Source: a bacterium
Lineage (GTDB): Bacteria; Synergistota; GBS-1
Reading direction: 5' to 3'
Assembly (NCBI GenBank): GCA_030153785.1
Contig: JASKLF010000012.1
Span: 1-45,165, forward strand
Length of the DNA: 45,165 bases
A program made the position numbers and the translations under genes. This document shows positions 28,982-38,141 of this stretch, in pieces. Each line of letters starts with the position of its first letter. Within the stretch, counting starts at the first letter, position 1. A model generated the notes under the pieces. The model was not told the origin of the DNA, made no database searches, and saw nothing but the letters and a program-made list of their open reading frames with translations.

Positions 28982-29931
28982 GTGACCTTGATATATTAGA
29001 TTACCTAAGCGAGTACAAAAAAATATTTAGCTTTATGACTGCCGATGAAGTCATGAAGAAGGATCTTATAACCCTAACGCCAGAAGATAAACTTTCTGAA
29101 GCAAGGAAGATAATGCGAGACAAAAGAATTTCTGGTGTGCCTATTGTTGACAGCGAAGGTAAGCTTGTGGGGCTGGTGAGCACAGAAAGAATCATAAGAG
29201 CGCTTGAAGAGGGAGTAATAGACAAAAAAGTAGGAGAATATATGACAACGAGAGAGAGGATTGTATACCTTAAACCCGAAGACACATTTGAGAAGATAGT
29301 AGAAACATTTGAAAAATATAGATATGGTAGATATCCAGTGATAGATAAAGATGGGAAACTTGTAGGCCTGATAACCAAGCATGATATCTTAAGAGCCATA
29401 CTAAGAAGGCTTCACTCCATATATATACATGATAAAAGGAGAGAAATGTTCCTCAGCAAGGAAGTATCCATCTTGACAGGCGAAGAGTTTGTGGAAAGCA
29501 AGGCTTCTTTTAGATATGAGATAAATACAACTTCCATAGCGGAAGCGGGAGAAGGTAGCACTTTTTTGAAGAAAGTGCTTGAAAAAAGAAATTATCCTAA
29601 GCCCTTCATTAGAAGGGTTAGCATAGGCACATACGAGGCTGAGGTTAATGTGGTTATCCATGCAGGAGGCAAGGGATTAATCCTTGCTTTCTTTGAAGAT
29701 GATAGAGTTGTCGTCTTGGTCAGAGACTGGGGACCAGGCATAGAAGATGTAGACCTTGCGATGAAGGAGGGATACACCACCGCTCCTGATTCTGTTAGAG
29801 AATTGGGGTTTGGAGCGGGTATGGGGTTACCTAACATGCGAAGGGTTGCAGATAGGTTGATAATCCTTTCTCAAATTGGAAAAGGAACTAAAGTAGAAAT
29901 GGTTTTTAATCTTAGGGAGGGAGAATCTTGA
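28978..29931 (+). CDS. CBS-pair + RsbT-like HATPase Ser/Thr kinase (anti-sigma-type) fusion
   Basis: Two CBS repeats, then YEAEVNVVIHA, D.GPGI.D..LAM.EGY.TA, GFGAGMGLPN; ATG 28978. Confidence 0.85.
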   Translation: MSDLDILDYLSEYKKIFSFMTADEVMKKDLITLTPEDKLSEARKIMRDKRISGVPIVDSEGKLVGLVSTERIIRALEEGVIDKKVGEYMTTRERIVYLKPEDTFEKIVETFEKYRYGRYPVIDKDGKLVGLITKHDILRAILRRLHSIYIHDKRREMFLSKEVSILTGEEFVESKASFRYEINTTSIAEAGEGSTFLKKVLEKRNYPKPFIRRVSIGTYEAEVNVVIHAGGKGLILAFFEDDRVVVLVRDWGPGIEDVDLAMKEGYTTAPDSVRELGFGAGMGLPNMRRVADRLIILSQIGKGTKVEMVFNLREGES

Positions 29932-30263
29932 AGTTAAGGGAGATTGTTAATGTCTTGGAGTGTGAAGTCTTAACAGGAGATCTCAACATGGATGAAGAGA
30001 TACTGTATGGCTATACTAGTGACCTTTTAAGTGAAGTCATAGGTAAGGCAAAAGCAGGGTCTATATGGATAACGATTCAAAGTCATTTGAACATAATTGC
30101 CGTTGCAGTTTTGGTTGGTATTAAAGCGATTGTAATATGTGAGGATAAAAGTGTGGATTCAAAAATCGTTGAAAAGGCAAAGGAAGAGGGAGTCGCTCTT
30201 CTAAGGACGAAAGAAAACGCTTTCAGAACATCCGGCTTTTTGTTTAAGGCTGGCTTAAATTGA
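29928..30263 (+). CDS. DRTGG-domain protein
   Basis: GYTSDLLSEVI, WITIQSHLNIIAVA. Confidence 0.82.
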   Translation: MKLREIVNVLECEVLTGDLNMDEEILYGYTSDLLSEVIGKAKAGSIWITIQSHLNIIAVAVLVGIKAIVICEDKSVDSKIVEKAKEEGVALLRTKENAFRTSGFLFKAGLN

Positions 30264-30270
30264 TCTATAG

Positions 30271-30279
30271 TGTTATAAT
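30271..30279 (+). promoter_or_regulatory. Extended -10 promoter 8 nt before the PHP gene start
   Basis: TGTTATAAT with TGGCTT 17 bp upstream of the -10 hexamer; no SD before ATG 30288. Confidence 0.55.
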
Positions 30280-30287
30280 ACTAAAAA

Positions 30288-31019
30288 ATGTGGCTTAAGG
30301 CAGAGCTCCATGTTCATACAGTGCTTTCAGCTTGCGCTGACTGGGAAATGACTCCCAGGAACATAATACGCAGAGCAAAAGAAGTAGGGGTAAAAGTTGT
30401 AGCTATAACCGACCATAATACGGCTAAGAATGTAAGACCGTGTGTAAAAATAGGAGAGAAAGAGGGTATTTTAGTTGTCCCAGGAATAGAAGTCCAAACA
30501 AAGGAAGAGGTGCATATGGTCTGTCTATTTCCATCAGAAGAGACGGCGATAGGCTTTGAAAATTGGCTTCAGAAGTTTTTGCCTAACTTAACAAACAATG
30601 AAGAGATCTTTGGAGATCAAGTGGTGGTAGATGAGGATGATAATGTTATTGAAATAGATAAGCGTTTGCTTCAGGTTTCCGCTAATGTTTCTATCGAAAG
30701 CGTTGTTGAAAAAGTTATAGAATTTAAAGGTGTGGCTTATCCAGCACATGTTAACCGTGAGTATTGTGGTATAATCCCCGTTTTAGGTTTTATTCCCCCT
30801 AATCTTCCGTTCAAAGTAGCTGAAATAAGCTCTTCTATGAATGTTTCCTCCTTTTTGAAGGAACACCCGGAGTTAGGTGATTATGTCTTAATTGTTTCTT
30901 CCGATGCCCATTTTTTGTCTTCTATAGGGAAAAGCAGGACACTCGTGAATCTTGACAAACTTAGGACAGATAACTTACTTGAAGCAATTCAAGACAAAAG
31001 GAGGGTCAAAATATGGTAA
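30288..31019 (+). CDS. PHP-domain metallophosphoesterase
   Basis: LHVHT.LS, AITDHN, PGIE, PAH, SSDAH. Confidence 0.9.
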   Translation: MWLKAELHVHTVLSACADWEMTPRNIIRRAKEVGVKVVAITDHNTAKNVRPCVKIGEKEGILVVPGIEVQTKEEVHMVCLFPSEETAIGFENWLQKFLPNLTNNEEIFGDQVVVDEDDNVIEIDKRLLQVSANVSIESVVEKVIEFKGVAYPAHVNREYCGIIPVLGFIPPNLPFKVAEISSSMNVSSFLKEHPELGDYVLIVSSDAHFLSSIGKSRTLVNLDKLRTDNLLEAIQDKRRVKIW

Positions 31020-31489
31020 AATTATCAAAAGAGAAACTTGAAAAAGTTGAACAGATTTTAAATCGTTTTCCTAAAGGGCAGTCATCTTTGATTGGTGCCC
31101 TTCATGCGATACAGCTTGAGATAGGTTACCTTCCTGAGGAAGTTCAGAAGCTTGTAGCTGAGAGATTAGGGATTCCAGAAAGCACGGTCTATGGAGTTGT
31201 CACATTCTATAACTTTTTCCGAAGAGAGCCTGTAGGTAAATATATCATAACGGTATGTGAGGGAACCGCATGTCACGTGAGGGGTGCACCGGAAGTAATA
31301 AAGGAGCTTGAAAAGACTTTAGGAATAAAGGTTGGACATACAACTCCTGACGGGAAGTTTACTTTAGATATAGCAAGATGTTTTGGCTGTTGTGGTTTAG
31401 CTCCTGTAATAATGGTTAACGAGGAGATTTATGGTAGAGTAACCCCTGATAATGTGAAGGAAATAGTTTCCAAGTATAGCAGTGAATAG
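31013..31489 (+). CDS. NuoE/HydC-like [2Fe-2S] subunit, copy 1
   Basis: GVVTFY.FF, VCEGTACH, RCFGCCGLAP. Confidence 0.92.
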   Translation: MVKLSKEKLEKVEQILNRFPKGQSSLIGALHAIQLEIGYLPEEVQKLVAERLGIPESTVYGVVTFYNFFRREPVGKYIITVCEGTACHVRGAPEVIKELEKTLGIKVGHTTPDGKFTLDIARCFGCCGLAPVIMVNEEIYGRVTPDNVKEIVSKYSSE

Positions 31490-32041
31490 ATGGAGGAAAT
31501 AGCATTACACATTTTAGATATAGTTGAAAACTCTATAAGTGCTGGTGCAACCATAGTTAAGATAATGATTGAAATTAGCAAAAAGCGTGATTTACTTAGA
31601 ATAGTCGTAGAAGACGATGGGAAAGGAATGGATGAAGAAGAGGTTAAAAAGGCCTTGGACCCTTTCTATACATCTAAAAAGAATAAAAAAGTGGGTCTGG
31701 GTATTCCCATGTTTGCTCAGATGGCAGAAAACTGTGGTGGATACCTTAAAATAGAGAGTGAAAAGGGAAAGGGGACAAAAGTTATTGCGGAAATGAGACT
31801 TAATCACATAGATAGACCGCCACTTGGCGATCTTGCTTCTACTATCTTCACAACTATTTTGGGGCATCCCAATGTAGATTTTCTGATAGAAATACAAACA
31901 GATGATAAGAGGGTGGAAGTCGATACCAGACAAATTAAGGAAATAGTGGGACAAGAAGGATATCTTCACCCCGAGGTTATAAGGTTTATAAAGGATAACA
32001 TTGAAAGCGAGATAGAAGATATATTGAAGGGGGGTATATAA
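31490..32041 (+). CDS. Stand-alone HATPase_c (histidine-kinase-like) protein
   Basis: LHILDIVENS, DDGKGM, DPFYTS, GLGIP, HIDRPPLGD; no sensor domain. Confidence 0.85.
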   Translation: MEEIALHILDIVENSISAGATIVKIMIEISKKRDLLRIVVEDDGKGMDEEEVKKALDPFYTSKKNKKVGLGIPMFAQMAENCGGYLKIESEKGKGTKVIAEMRLNHIDRPPLGDLASTIFTTILGHPNVDFLIEIQTDDKRVEVDTRQIKEIVGQEGYLHPEVIRFIKDNIESEIEDILKGGI

Positions 32042-32392
32042 ATGAAAATAGAGGAACTTAGAAAATTAAGGGAAAAAGTGAGAGAGGAACTCAAATTAAG
32101 AGAAGGCGTTGAACCTCGCGTGAAAATAATTGTCAGCATGGGAACTTCGGGAATAGCTGCAGGAGCTAGAGAAGTTTTAAAAGCCTTACTAGATGAAGTT
32201 TCCAAAAGGGGATTGAAAGATGTGGTTGTCTTGCAAACCGGCGAAAAGGGTTTGGCTTCCGCTGAACCCCTTGTAGAGGTTGTTACTCCTGAGGCTTCCG
32301 TGACCTATGGTAGGGTGACCCCTGATGTGGCCAGAAGGATAGTAGTTGAACATGTCATAAATGGGAGGATATTGTCAGAGTATGTAGTTTAA
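32042..32392 (+). CDS. Thioredoxin-like ferredoxin fold protein (HndB/HydD-like), cysteine-free
   Basis: GTSGIAAGAR, QTG..G...EPLVEV, TYG.VT, I..EH..NG motifs. Confidence 0.8.
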   Translation: MKIEELRKLREKVREELKLREGVEPRVKIIVSMGTSGIAAGAREVLKALLDEVSKRGLKDVVVLQTGEKGLASAEPLVEVVTPEASVTYGRVTPDVARRIVVEHVINGRILSEYVV

Positions 32393-32418
32393 CAACCAAA
32401 AAGATTTAGCGTAAAGGA

Positions 32419-34215
32419 GTGATTACATTGGTCAAAAGAGCTCATGTTTTGGTATGCATGGGAGCTGGTTGCGTATCTGCAGGCAGTGAGCTTATAAAGG
32501 AGAAGTTAGAGAAAGAGATAAAGGAAAAAGGTATTGATGTAGAGGTCAAAGTTATAGGTACAGGTTGTATGGGGCCATGTGAAAAAGGCCCACTCATTAT
32601 GGTATATCCGGAAGGAGCCCTTTATCAAAAGGTTAGTTTAGATGATGTTGATTTAATAGTTGAAGAACATCTTCTTAAAGGAAGGGTGGTTAGAAGACTT
32701 TTAGCCAAAGAAGGGGTTAAGCTGGAAGAGATTGCTGCCAGAGAGATTCCTTTCTTCGCTAAACAAGAGAAGATAGTCCTTGCAAATTGTGGTGTTATAG
32801 ACCCGGAGAATATAGAAGAATATATAGCGGCAGATGGTTATGAAGCTTTGGCTAAGGTTCTTGAAGGGATGTCTCCCGAGGAAGTCATATCTATAATAGA
32901 AAAATCTGGTCTAAGAGGCAGAGGAGGAGCTGGCTTCCCAACGGGACTTAAATGGAAGTTCGTGAGAGCGGCAAAGGGGAGTCCTAAATATGTTGTATGT
33001 AATGGTGACGAAGGGGATCCTGGTGCTTTCATGGATAGAGCGGTATTAGAAGGTGATCCACACGCTGTCTTAGAGGGAATGCTAATAGCCGCCTATGCTG
33101 TAGGTGCAGAACAGGGTTACATCTATGTTAGAGCTGAATACCCTTTAGCGATAAAGAGACTTCAGAATGCCATTGAGCAGGCCAAGAAATATGGTTTCCT
33201 TGGAAAAAATATTCTTGATACTGACTTTTCATTTGATGTTGAACTGAGAATAGGAGCAGGAGCTTTCGTTTGTGGAGAGGAAACTGCTTTACTTGCTTCC
33301 ATAGAAGGTAGAAGAGGAATGCCACGTTCTAAGCCTCCCTTCCCTGCAACTCATGGACTTTGGGGTAAGCCTACATTGATAAACAATGTAGAAACCTACG
33401 CCAATATTAGACACATAATACTTAAGGGAGCCGATTGGTTCAGAAGTTTTGGAACGGAGCAATCCACGGGAACTAAAGTTTTTGCCCTTTCCGGTAAAGT
33501 CAAAAATACAGGTCTGATAGAGGTTCCAATGGGAATAACCCTTCGTGAAATCGTTTTTGATATAGGGGGAGGAATAATCGACGATGGTAAATTTAAAGCA
33601 GCCCAAATAGGTGGACCATCTGGTGGATGTCTTACAAGGGAGCATCTGGATTTACCTTTGACCTATGAGTCTGTGAAAGAAGCAGGTGCTATTATCGGGT
33701 CTGGTGGTTTGATAGTCCTCGACGAAAATACCTGCATGGTTGAACTTGCCAGGTATTTCTTAGAATTTTGTCAACTTGAATCTTGCGGTAAGTGTATTCC
33801 ATGCAGGGTGGGAACTAAGAGAATGCTTGAAATACTTGAAAGGATAACTCAAGGCGCTGGCAGAATGGAGGACATTCAAGAGTTAGAGAGGCTTGGAAAG
33901 TGGATTCAGCAAACAGCCCTTTGCGGATTAGGACAAACCGCTCCTAACCCTGTCTTGAGCACAGTGCGATATTTTAAGGACGAATATGAAGCTCACGTTA
34001 TAGATAAGAAGTGCCCAGCTAAAGTATGTGTAGCTTTGATTAGATACCGTATTTTGGCTGAAAAATGTATAGGTTGTGGTAGGTGTGCTAAGGTTTGTCC
34101 TGTCAAGGCCATTACGGGGGAAATTAGAAAGCCGCATGTTATAAATCCGGAAATATGCATAAAGTGCGGAGAGTGTAAGAAGGCATGTCCTGTAAATGCT
34201 ATTATAGTGGAGTAA
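32419..34215 (+). CDS. NuoF/HydB-like FMN/NAD subunit, copy 1 (full-length, bifurcating-type)
   Basis: N-terminal [2Fe-2S] Cys, GRGGAGFPTG, DEGDPGAFMDR, GGPSGG, ESCGKCIPCR, C-terminal 2x[4Fe-4S]. Confidence 0.93.
   Translation: MITLVKRAHVLVCMGAGCVSAGSELIKEKLEKEIKEKGIDVEVKVIGTGCMGPCEKGPLIMVYPEGALYQKVSLDDVDLIVEEHLLKGRVVRRLLAKEGVKLEEIAAREIPFFAKQEKIVLANCGVIDPENIEEYIAADGYEALAKVLEGMSPEEVISIIEKSGLRGRGGAGFPTGLKWKFVRAAKGSPKYVVCNGDEGDPGAFMDRAVLEGDPHAVLEGMLIAAYAVGAEQGYIYVRAEYPLAIKRLQNAIEQAKKYGFLGKNILDTDFSFDVELRIGAGAFVCGEETALLASIEGRRGMPRSKPPFPATHGLWGKPTLINNVETYANIRHIILKGADWFRSFGTEQSTGTKVFALSGKVKNTGLIEVPMGITLREIVFDIGGGIIDDGKFKAAQIGGPSGGCLTREHLDLPLTYESVKEAGAIIGSGGLIVLDENTCMVELARYFLEFCQLESCGKCIPCRVGTKRMLEILERITQGAGRMEDIQELERLGKWIQQTALCGLGQTAPNPVLSTVRYFKDEYEAHVIDKKCPAKVCVALIRYRILAEKCIGCGRCAKVCPVKAITGEIRKPHVINPEICIKCGECKKACPVNAIIVE
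32897..32946 (+). repeat. 50-nt exact repeat, copy 1 (in NuoF-like copy 1)
   Basis: TAGAAAAATCTGGTCTAAGAGGCAGAGGAGGAGCTGGCTTCCCAACGGGA, identical to 35171-35220. Confidence 0.9.
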
Positions 34216-34242
34216 TTTTTTATCGAGAGGTGATGATGCCTT

Positions 34243-34698
34243 ATGCTGAAGGAGGTTCTTGGTAGGTTTGAGCCCAGGCGGGAAAATTTGTTAGACATTC
34301 TACACGCTATCCAAGAAGCTTCACCCACCAATAGCTTATCTAAAGAGGATATCGAGGCAGTTGCAAAATATGTCGGAATAACGCCAGCAGAAGTTTATGG
34401 AACGGCGACCTTTTATACCATGTTTTCCGTTAAACCAAGAGGAAAGCACATAATCAGAGTATGTACTTCAACCGCGTGCCATCTTCTCGGAGGAGAAACT
34501 GTTTTAGAAGCTCTTAAAAGAGAACTTGGTGTTGATGTTGGCGATACTACAAAGGATGGTTTGTTTACATTAGAAATATCAAGCTGTCTTGGAATATGCG
34601 GTGTAGCACCAGCCATGATGATAGACGAAGTGGCCTATGGTAATCTAACTGCCGATAAAATAAAGGAAATCATAGACCAATACAGGAGAGGGGGATAG
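34243..34698 (+). CDS. NuoE/HydC-like [2Fe-2S] subunit, copy 2
   Basis: ATFYTMF, VCTSTACH, SCLGICGVAP. Confidence 0.92.
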   Translation: MLKEVLGRFEPRRENLLDILHAIQEASPTNSLSKEDIEAVAKYVGITPAEVYGTATFYTMFSVKPRGKHIIRVCTSTACHLLGGETVLEALKRELGVDVGDTTKDGLFTLEISSCLGICGVAPAMMIDEVAYGNLTADKIKEIIDQYRRGG

Positions 34699-34701
34699 GC
34701 C

Positions 34702-36273
34702 ATGAGGATAGAAAGGGCCCATGTTTTGGTGGGAATAGATGCGGGGTCCCTCCTGGCTGGTGCAAGGGAGGTCCAAAAAAGACTGGAAGAAGAGATAAAA
34801 AAGCAGGGACTCGAGGAAGAGGTTAAAGTTCTCGAAACTGGCAGTTTGGGAATAACAGGGAGAGGAGTGGTTCTTCTCGTTTATCCTGAGGGAGTTTACT
34901 ATGTAAATGTGAAACCGGAAGATGTCCCACAAATAGTTGAAGAACATCTTCTTAAGGGAAGGCTTGTAAAAAGATTGATGCTTGAACCTCAAATAGCCGA
35001 AATCCTTGAGAGGTTAGAAGCTCCTAAAAAGCTTGCAAAACAAAAAAGAGTGGTTCTTCAAAATGCTGGCGTTATAAATCCCGACAGTATAGAAGAATAT
35101 ATAGCTACAGGTGGGTACGAAGCTCTCGCCAAGGCTCTAGAATCTCCTTCAGAGTGGGTTATAAGCGAAGTAGAAAAATCTGGTCTAAGAGGCAGAGGAG
35201 GAGCTGGCTTCCCAACGGGAAGAAAATGGAGATTTACCGCTGAGGCAAAGGCTCCTCGTAAATTCATAGTTTGTAATGCAGATGAAGGTGAACCGGGAAC
35301 CTTTAAGGATAGACTCATACTTGAGGGTGATCCTCACAGGGTCATAGAAGGGATGGCCATAGCAGGATATGCAGTTGGAGCTGACAAGGGATATATCTAC
35401 GTAAGAGGAGAATATGACCTTTCTATAAGGAGGCTAAGCAAGGCGATAGAAGATGCTTATAAAATGGGGTTGTTAGGCGACAATATCTTGGAAACAGGTT
35501 TTTCTTTCCACATAGAAATTAAGAAAGGTGCAGGGGCATATGTTTGTGGAGAGGAAACAGCGCTTATCGAATCCATAGAGGGAAAAAGAGGTAACCCGCG
35601 TCCAAAACCTCCTTACTATCCAGGTATAAAAGGATTGTGGGGATATCCCACTGTGGTCAATAATGTAGAAACGCTTGCTAATGTGCCCTCTATAATTTTA
35701 AACGGAGCTGATTGGTTTAGGACTATGGGAACCAAGGAATCTCCGGGAACAAAGGTTTATACTATTCTTGGACACGTTAACGAACCCGGTCTTATAGAAG
35801 TTGAGATGGGAACTACATTAAGAGAGGTGATTTTTGAGTTCGCTAAGGGGATCAGAAATAACCATGCGTTTAAAGCTGCGCTGATAGGTGGAGCTGCTGG
35901 AGCTTTCTTAGGCGAGGAAGCCCTCGATATTCCCCTTTCCTATGAGGGATTAAGGGAATATGGTGGTGTATTGGGCTCAGGAGCGATTCTCGTTTTTGAT
36001 GAAACCACTTCCATGGCCGATATGCTTAAAAACGTCATATTCTTCTTTAAACATGAAAGTTGTGGAAAATGTGTTCCTTGTAGAGTAGGAGTGAGCAAGC
36101 TATATGAGAAAATGGAAAAAATCCTTGAAAGTAAAGCTACAGAAAATGATTTAAAAGAAATGATAGAAATCTCGGATAAGATGGCTGATACGGCACTCTG
36201 TGCTTTAGGCCAGTCACTTATCCTTCCTGTATCAAGTACGATTCGTTTCTTCAAAGATGAATTAATGGTTTAG
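34702..36273 (+). CDS. NuoF/HydB-like FMN/NAD subunit, copy 2 (short, non-bifurcating-type)
   Basis: GRGGAGFPTG, DEGEPGTFKDR, GGAAG, ESCGKCVPCR..LCALG; N-terminal domain has no Cys; no C-terminal ferredoxin domain. Confidence 0.92.
   Translation: MRIERAHVLVGIDAGSLLAGAREVQKRLEEEIKKQGLEEEVKVLETGSLGITGRGVVLLVYPEGVYYVNVKPEDVPQIVEEHLLKGRLVKRLMLEPQIAEILERLEAPKKLAKQKRVVLQNAGVINPDSIEEYIATGGYEALAKALESPSEWVISEVEKSGLRGRGGAGFPTGRKWRFTAEAKAPRKFIVCNADEGEPGTFKDRLILEGDPHRVIEGMAIAGYAVGADKGYIYVRGEYDLSIRRLSKAIEDAYKMGLLGDNILETGFSFHIEIKKGAGAYVCGEETALIESIEGKRGNPRPKPPYYPGIKGLWGYPTVVNNVETLANVPSIILNGADWFRTMGTKESPGTKVYTILGHVNEPGLIEVEMGTTLREVIFEFAKGIRNNHAFKAALIGGAAGAFLGEEALDIPLSYEGLREYGGVLGSGAILVFDETTSMADMLKNVIFFFKHESCGKCVPCRVGVSKLYEKMEKILESKATENDLKEMIEISDKMADTALCALGQSLILPVSSTIRFFKDELMV
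35171..35220 (+). repeat. 50-nt exact repeat, copy 2 (in NuoF-like copy 2)
   Basis: Identical to 32897-32946. Confidence 0.9.
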
Positions 36274-36276
36274 GAG

Positions 36277-38130
36277 GTGTTTTTTACTGTGAGAGAAGTG
36301 AAGATAAAAATAGACGGAAGGGAATTTACTGCAACTGAGGGTATGACGATTCTTGAGGCTGTGAGAAAAGCGGGTTACGAAGTTCCCACCCTTTGTTATC
36401 ACGATGGGTTATCTCCCCATGGAGGTTGTAGACTTTGTGTTGTCGAGGTTAAGGGTTCTCCCAGACTTCTAACAAGTTGTACCACTCCTGTAGCTGACGG
36501 CATGGAAGTGTTTGTAAACACCGATAGAGTTAAGGAAGCCCGTAAGTTTGTGATGAATTTAATTATGACGGAAAGAAATCACTTCTGTATGTTCTGCGAA
36601 AAGAGCGGTAGATATGAAGAGACAGACTGTGAGCTTCAAAAGAGAGCGTATGAAGTTCAAATAGAGCACTTCCCGTTTCCTGTATACGTAGATAAGTATC
36701 CTGTGGATACAAGCTCTCCTGTCATGGTTACGGACCACAATCGTTGTATTCTTTGTGGTAGATGTGTAAGAGTTTGCTCGGAAATCGTGGCTAACTCGAC
36801 GCTCGATTTTAGCTTCAGGGGGTCCAAAACTCTAATAGCAGCGGATACTGGCTTGAATAAGGGAGAATCGAGCTGTATTTCTTGTGGAGCGTGCATGCAA
36901 GTTTGCCCTGCAGGTGCCATCTTTAGCAAGTTTGGTGGATATAAAGGTAAGAAGAGTCTTTGTGAAAAGGTGGAAACCTTCTGTCCCATATGTGGTGTAG
37001 GTTGTGAAACCACAAACTATGTAAGATATAACAATATTGTTGAAATAGAGGGTGCCGGCCTGGCTAAGAGAACCTTAGATGGTGGTCAACTTTGCGAGAA
37101 AGGAAGATACGGGCCCATTATGGAATCAAGGAATAGAATTTCTATTCCTCTGATTAGAGATGCAAAGGGAAGATTTGTAGAAGCTACATATGGAGAAGCG
37201 GTGAATAAGGTTGTCCAGCTTTTAAAGGCTAACTCGCCGGACCAAATTGCCTTTAGAGCTTCTTCTTTCTTGCCAGCAGAAGATCTTGCTTATATCAAAG
37301 GGTTTGCTTCCAAACTGGGAGTGGAAGACATAGATACCTTCGACGGAGATGTATACAGGAACCTGTCTTCTTTCAGTGGAAGTAAGGCTACCTACGAAGA
37401 TCTGCTTAACGCTGACTTAATTCTTCTCGTTGGTGGAGATATAATTAAAGAACACGGAGTCGTTGGCTCCTACATAAGGAGAGCTGTTAGAAATAAAGGT
37501 GCGGAACTTATGGTAATTTCATCCATGGAAAGCAAGATAGAAAGATGGGCTAAAGAAGTGAAGAGGATAGCAGAAGGAAGCGAAGGCTCAGTTGCCGTTG
37601 AGTATAAAGAGAAAATATCTGCAGCCTCTAATCCTGTAATAGTCCTTGAAGGAGCGGGGCTTTTGAGGAACAAAGAGGCTATAGAACCGTGGTTAAGACT
37701 TGCAGAAGAGCTTAGCGTTAAGGTGATGGCGTTGGCACCAACGGGAAACAGCTTGGCTGCTTGGGAATTAGGCGTAGCCCCTGTTTCTTCGAATACTCTC
37801 GGGAAACCTAAGAAACTATTATTCCTCTTCCTTGGAGATATAGATTCGAGCTATGCGCCTGCAGAGATAGCTGAAATAGGCTACGAAACTGTGGTTCTCC
37901 ACAGCGCTTATATAGACGCGATGATGAAGTTGTCTGATGTGGTGCTCCCAGGAAAGAGCTGGCTTGAAAATGAAGGAACTTACAAACTATTGAACGGAGA
38001 AGTCAGGAAATTCACTAACATACTTAATGCGGAAGATAATGCTAAAAGCCCGCGTGAGTTCCTATCCGACTTAGCCAATGCTATGGGATTGGGAACCATT
38101 GATGTTAGTTCTCTCGTTAGTAAGCTTTAA
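36277..38130 (+). CDS. NuoG-like Fe-S adaptor subunit (HydA of NiFe-HydABCSL type; degenerate molybdopterin-oxidoreductase C-terminus)
   Basis: PTLCY..GGCRLCVVE [2Fe-2S], HFCMFC..CELQ, RCILCGRCVRVC, CISCGACMQVCP, CPICGVGC..LCEKGR; no H-cluster motifs. Confidence 0.85.
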   Translation: MFFTVREVKIKIDGREFTATEGMTILEAVRKAGYEVPTLCYHDGLSPHGGCRLCVVEVKGSPRLLTSCTTPVADGMEVFVNTDRVKEARKFVMNLIMTERNHFCMFCEKSGRYEETDCELQKRAYEVQIEHFPFPVYVDKYPVDTSSPVMVTDHNRCILCGRCVRVCSEIVANSTLDFSFRGSKTLIAADTGLNKGESSCISCGACMQVCPAGAIFSKFGGYKGKKSLCEKVETFCPICGVGCETTNYVRYNNIVEIEGAGLAKRTLDGGQLCEKGRYGPIMESRNRISIPLIRDAKGRFVEATYGEAVNKVVQLLKANSPDQIAFRASSFLPAEDLAYIKGFASKLGVEDIDTFDGDVYRNLSSFSGSKATYEDLLNADLILLVGGDIIKEHGVVGSYIRRAVRNKGAELMVISSMESKIERWAKEVKRIAEGSEGSVAVEYKEKISAASNPVIVLEGAGLLRNKEAIEPWLRLAEELSVKVMALAPTGNSLAAWELGVAPVSSNTLGKPKKLLFLFLGDIDSSYAPAEIAEIGYETVVLHSAYIDAMMKLSDVVLPGKSWLENEGTYKLLNGEVRKFTNILNAEDNAKSPREFLSDLANAMGLGTIDVSSLVSKL

Positions 38131-38141
38131 GTAAGGGGGAG

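Noticed and set aside
36277..38130. [FeFe]-hydrogenase HydA or formate dehydrogenase alpha call
   Set aside because: No H-cluster P1-P3 motifs, and no FDH active-site Cys/Sec-His motif after the CPICGVGC cluster. It fits a cofactor-less NuoG-like adaptor.
31013..38130. Respiratory complex I (nuoEFG) operon
   Set aside because: No membrane Nuo subunits nearby; the context is a soluble NiFe hydrogenase.
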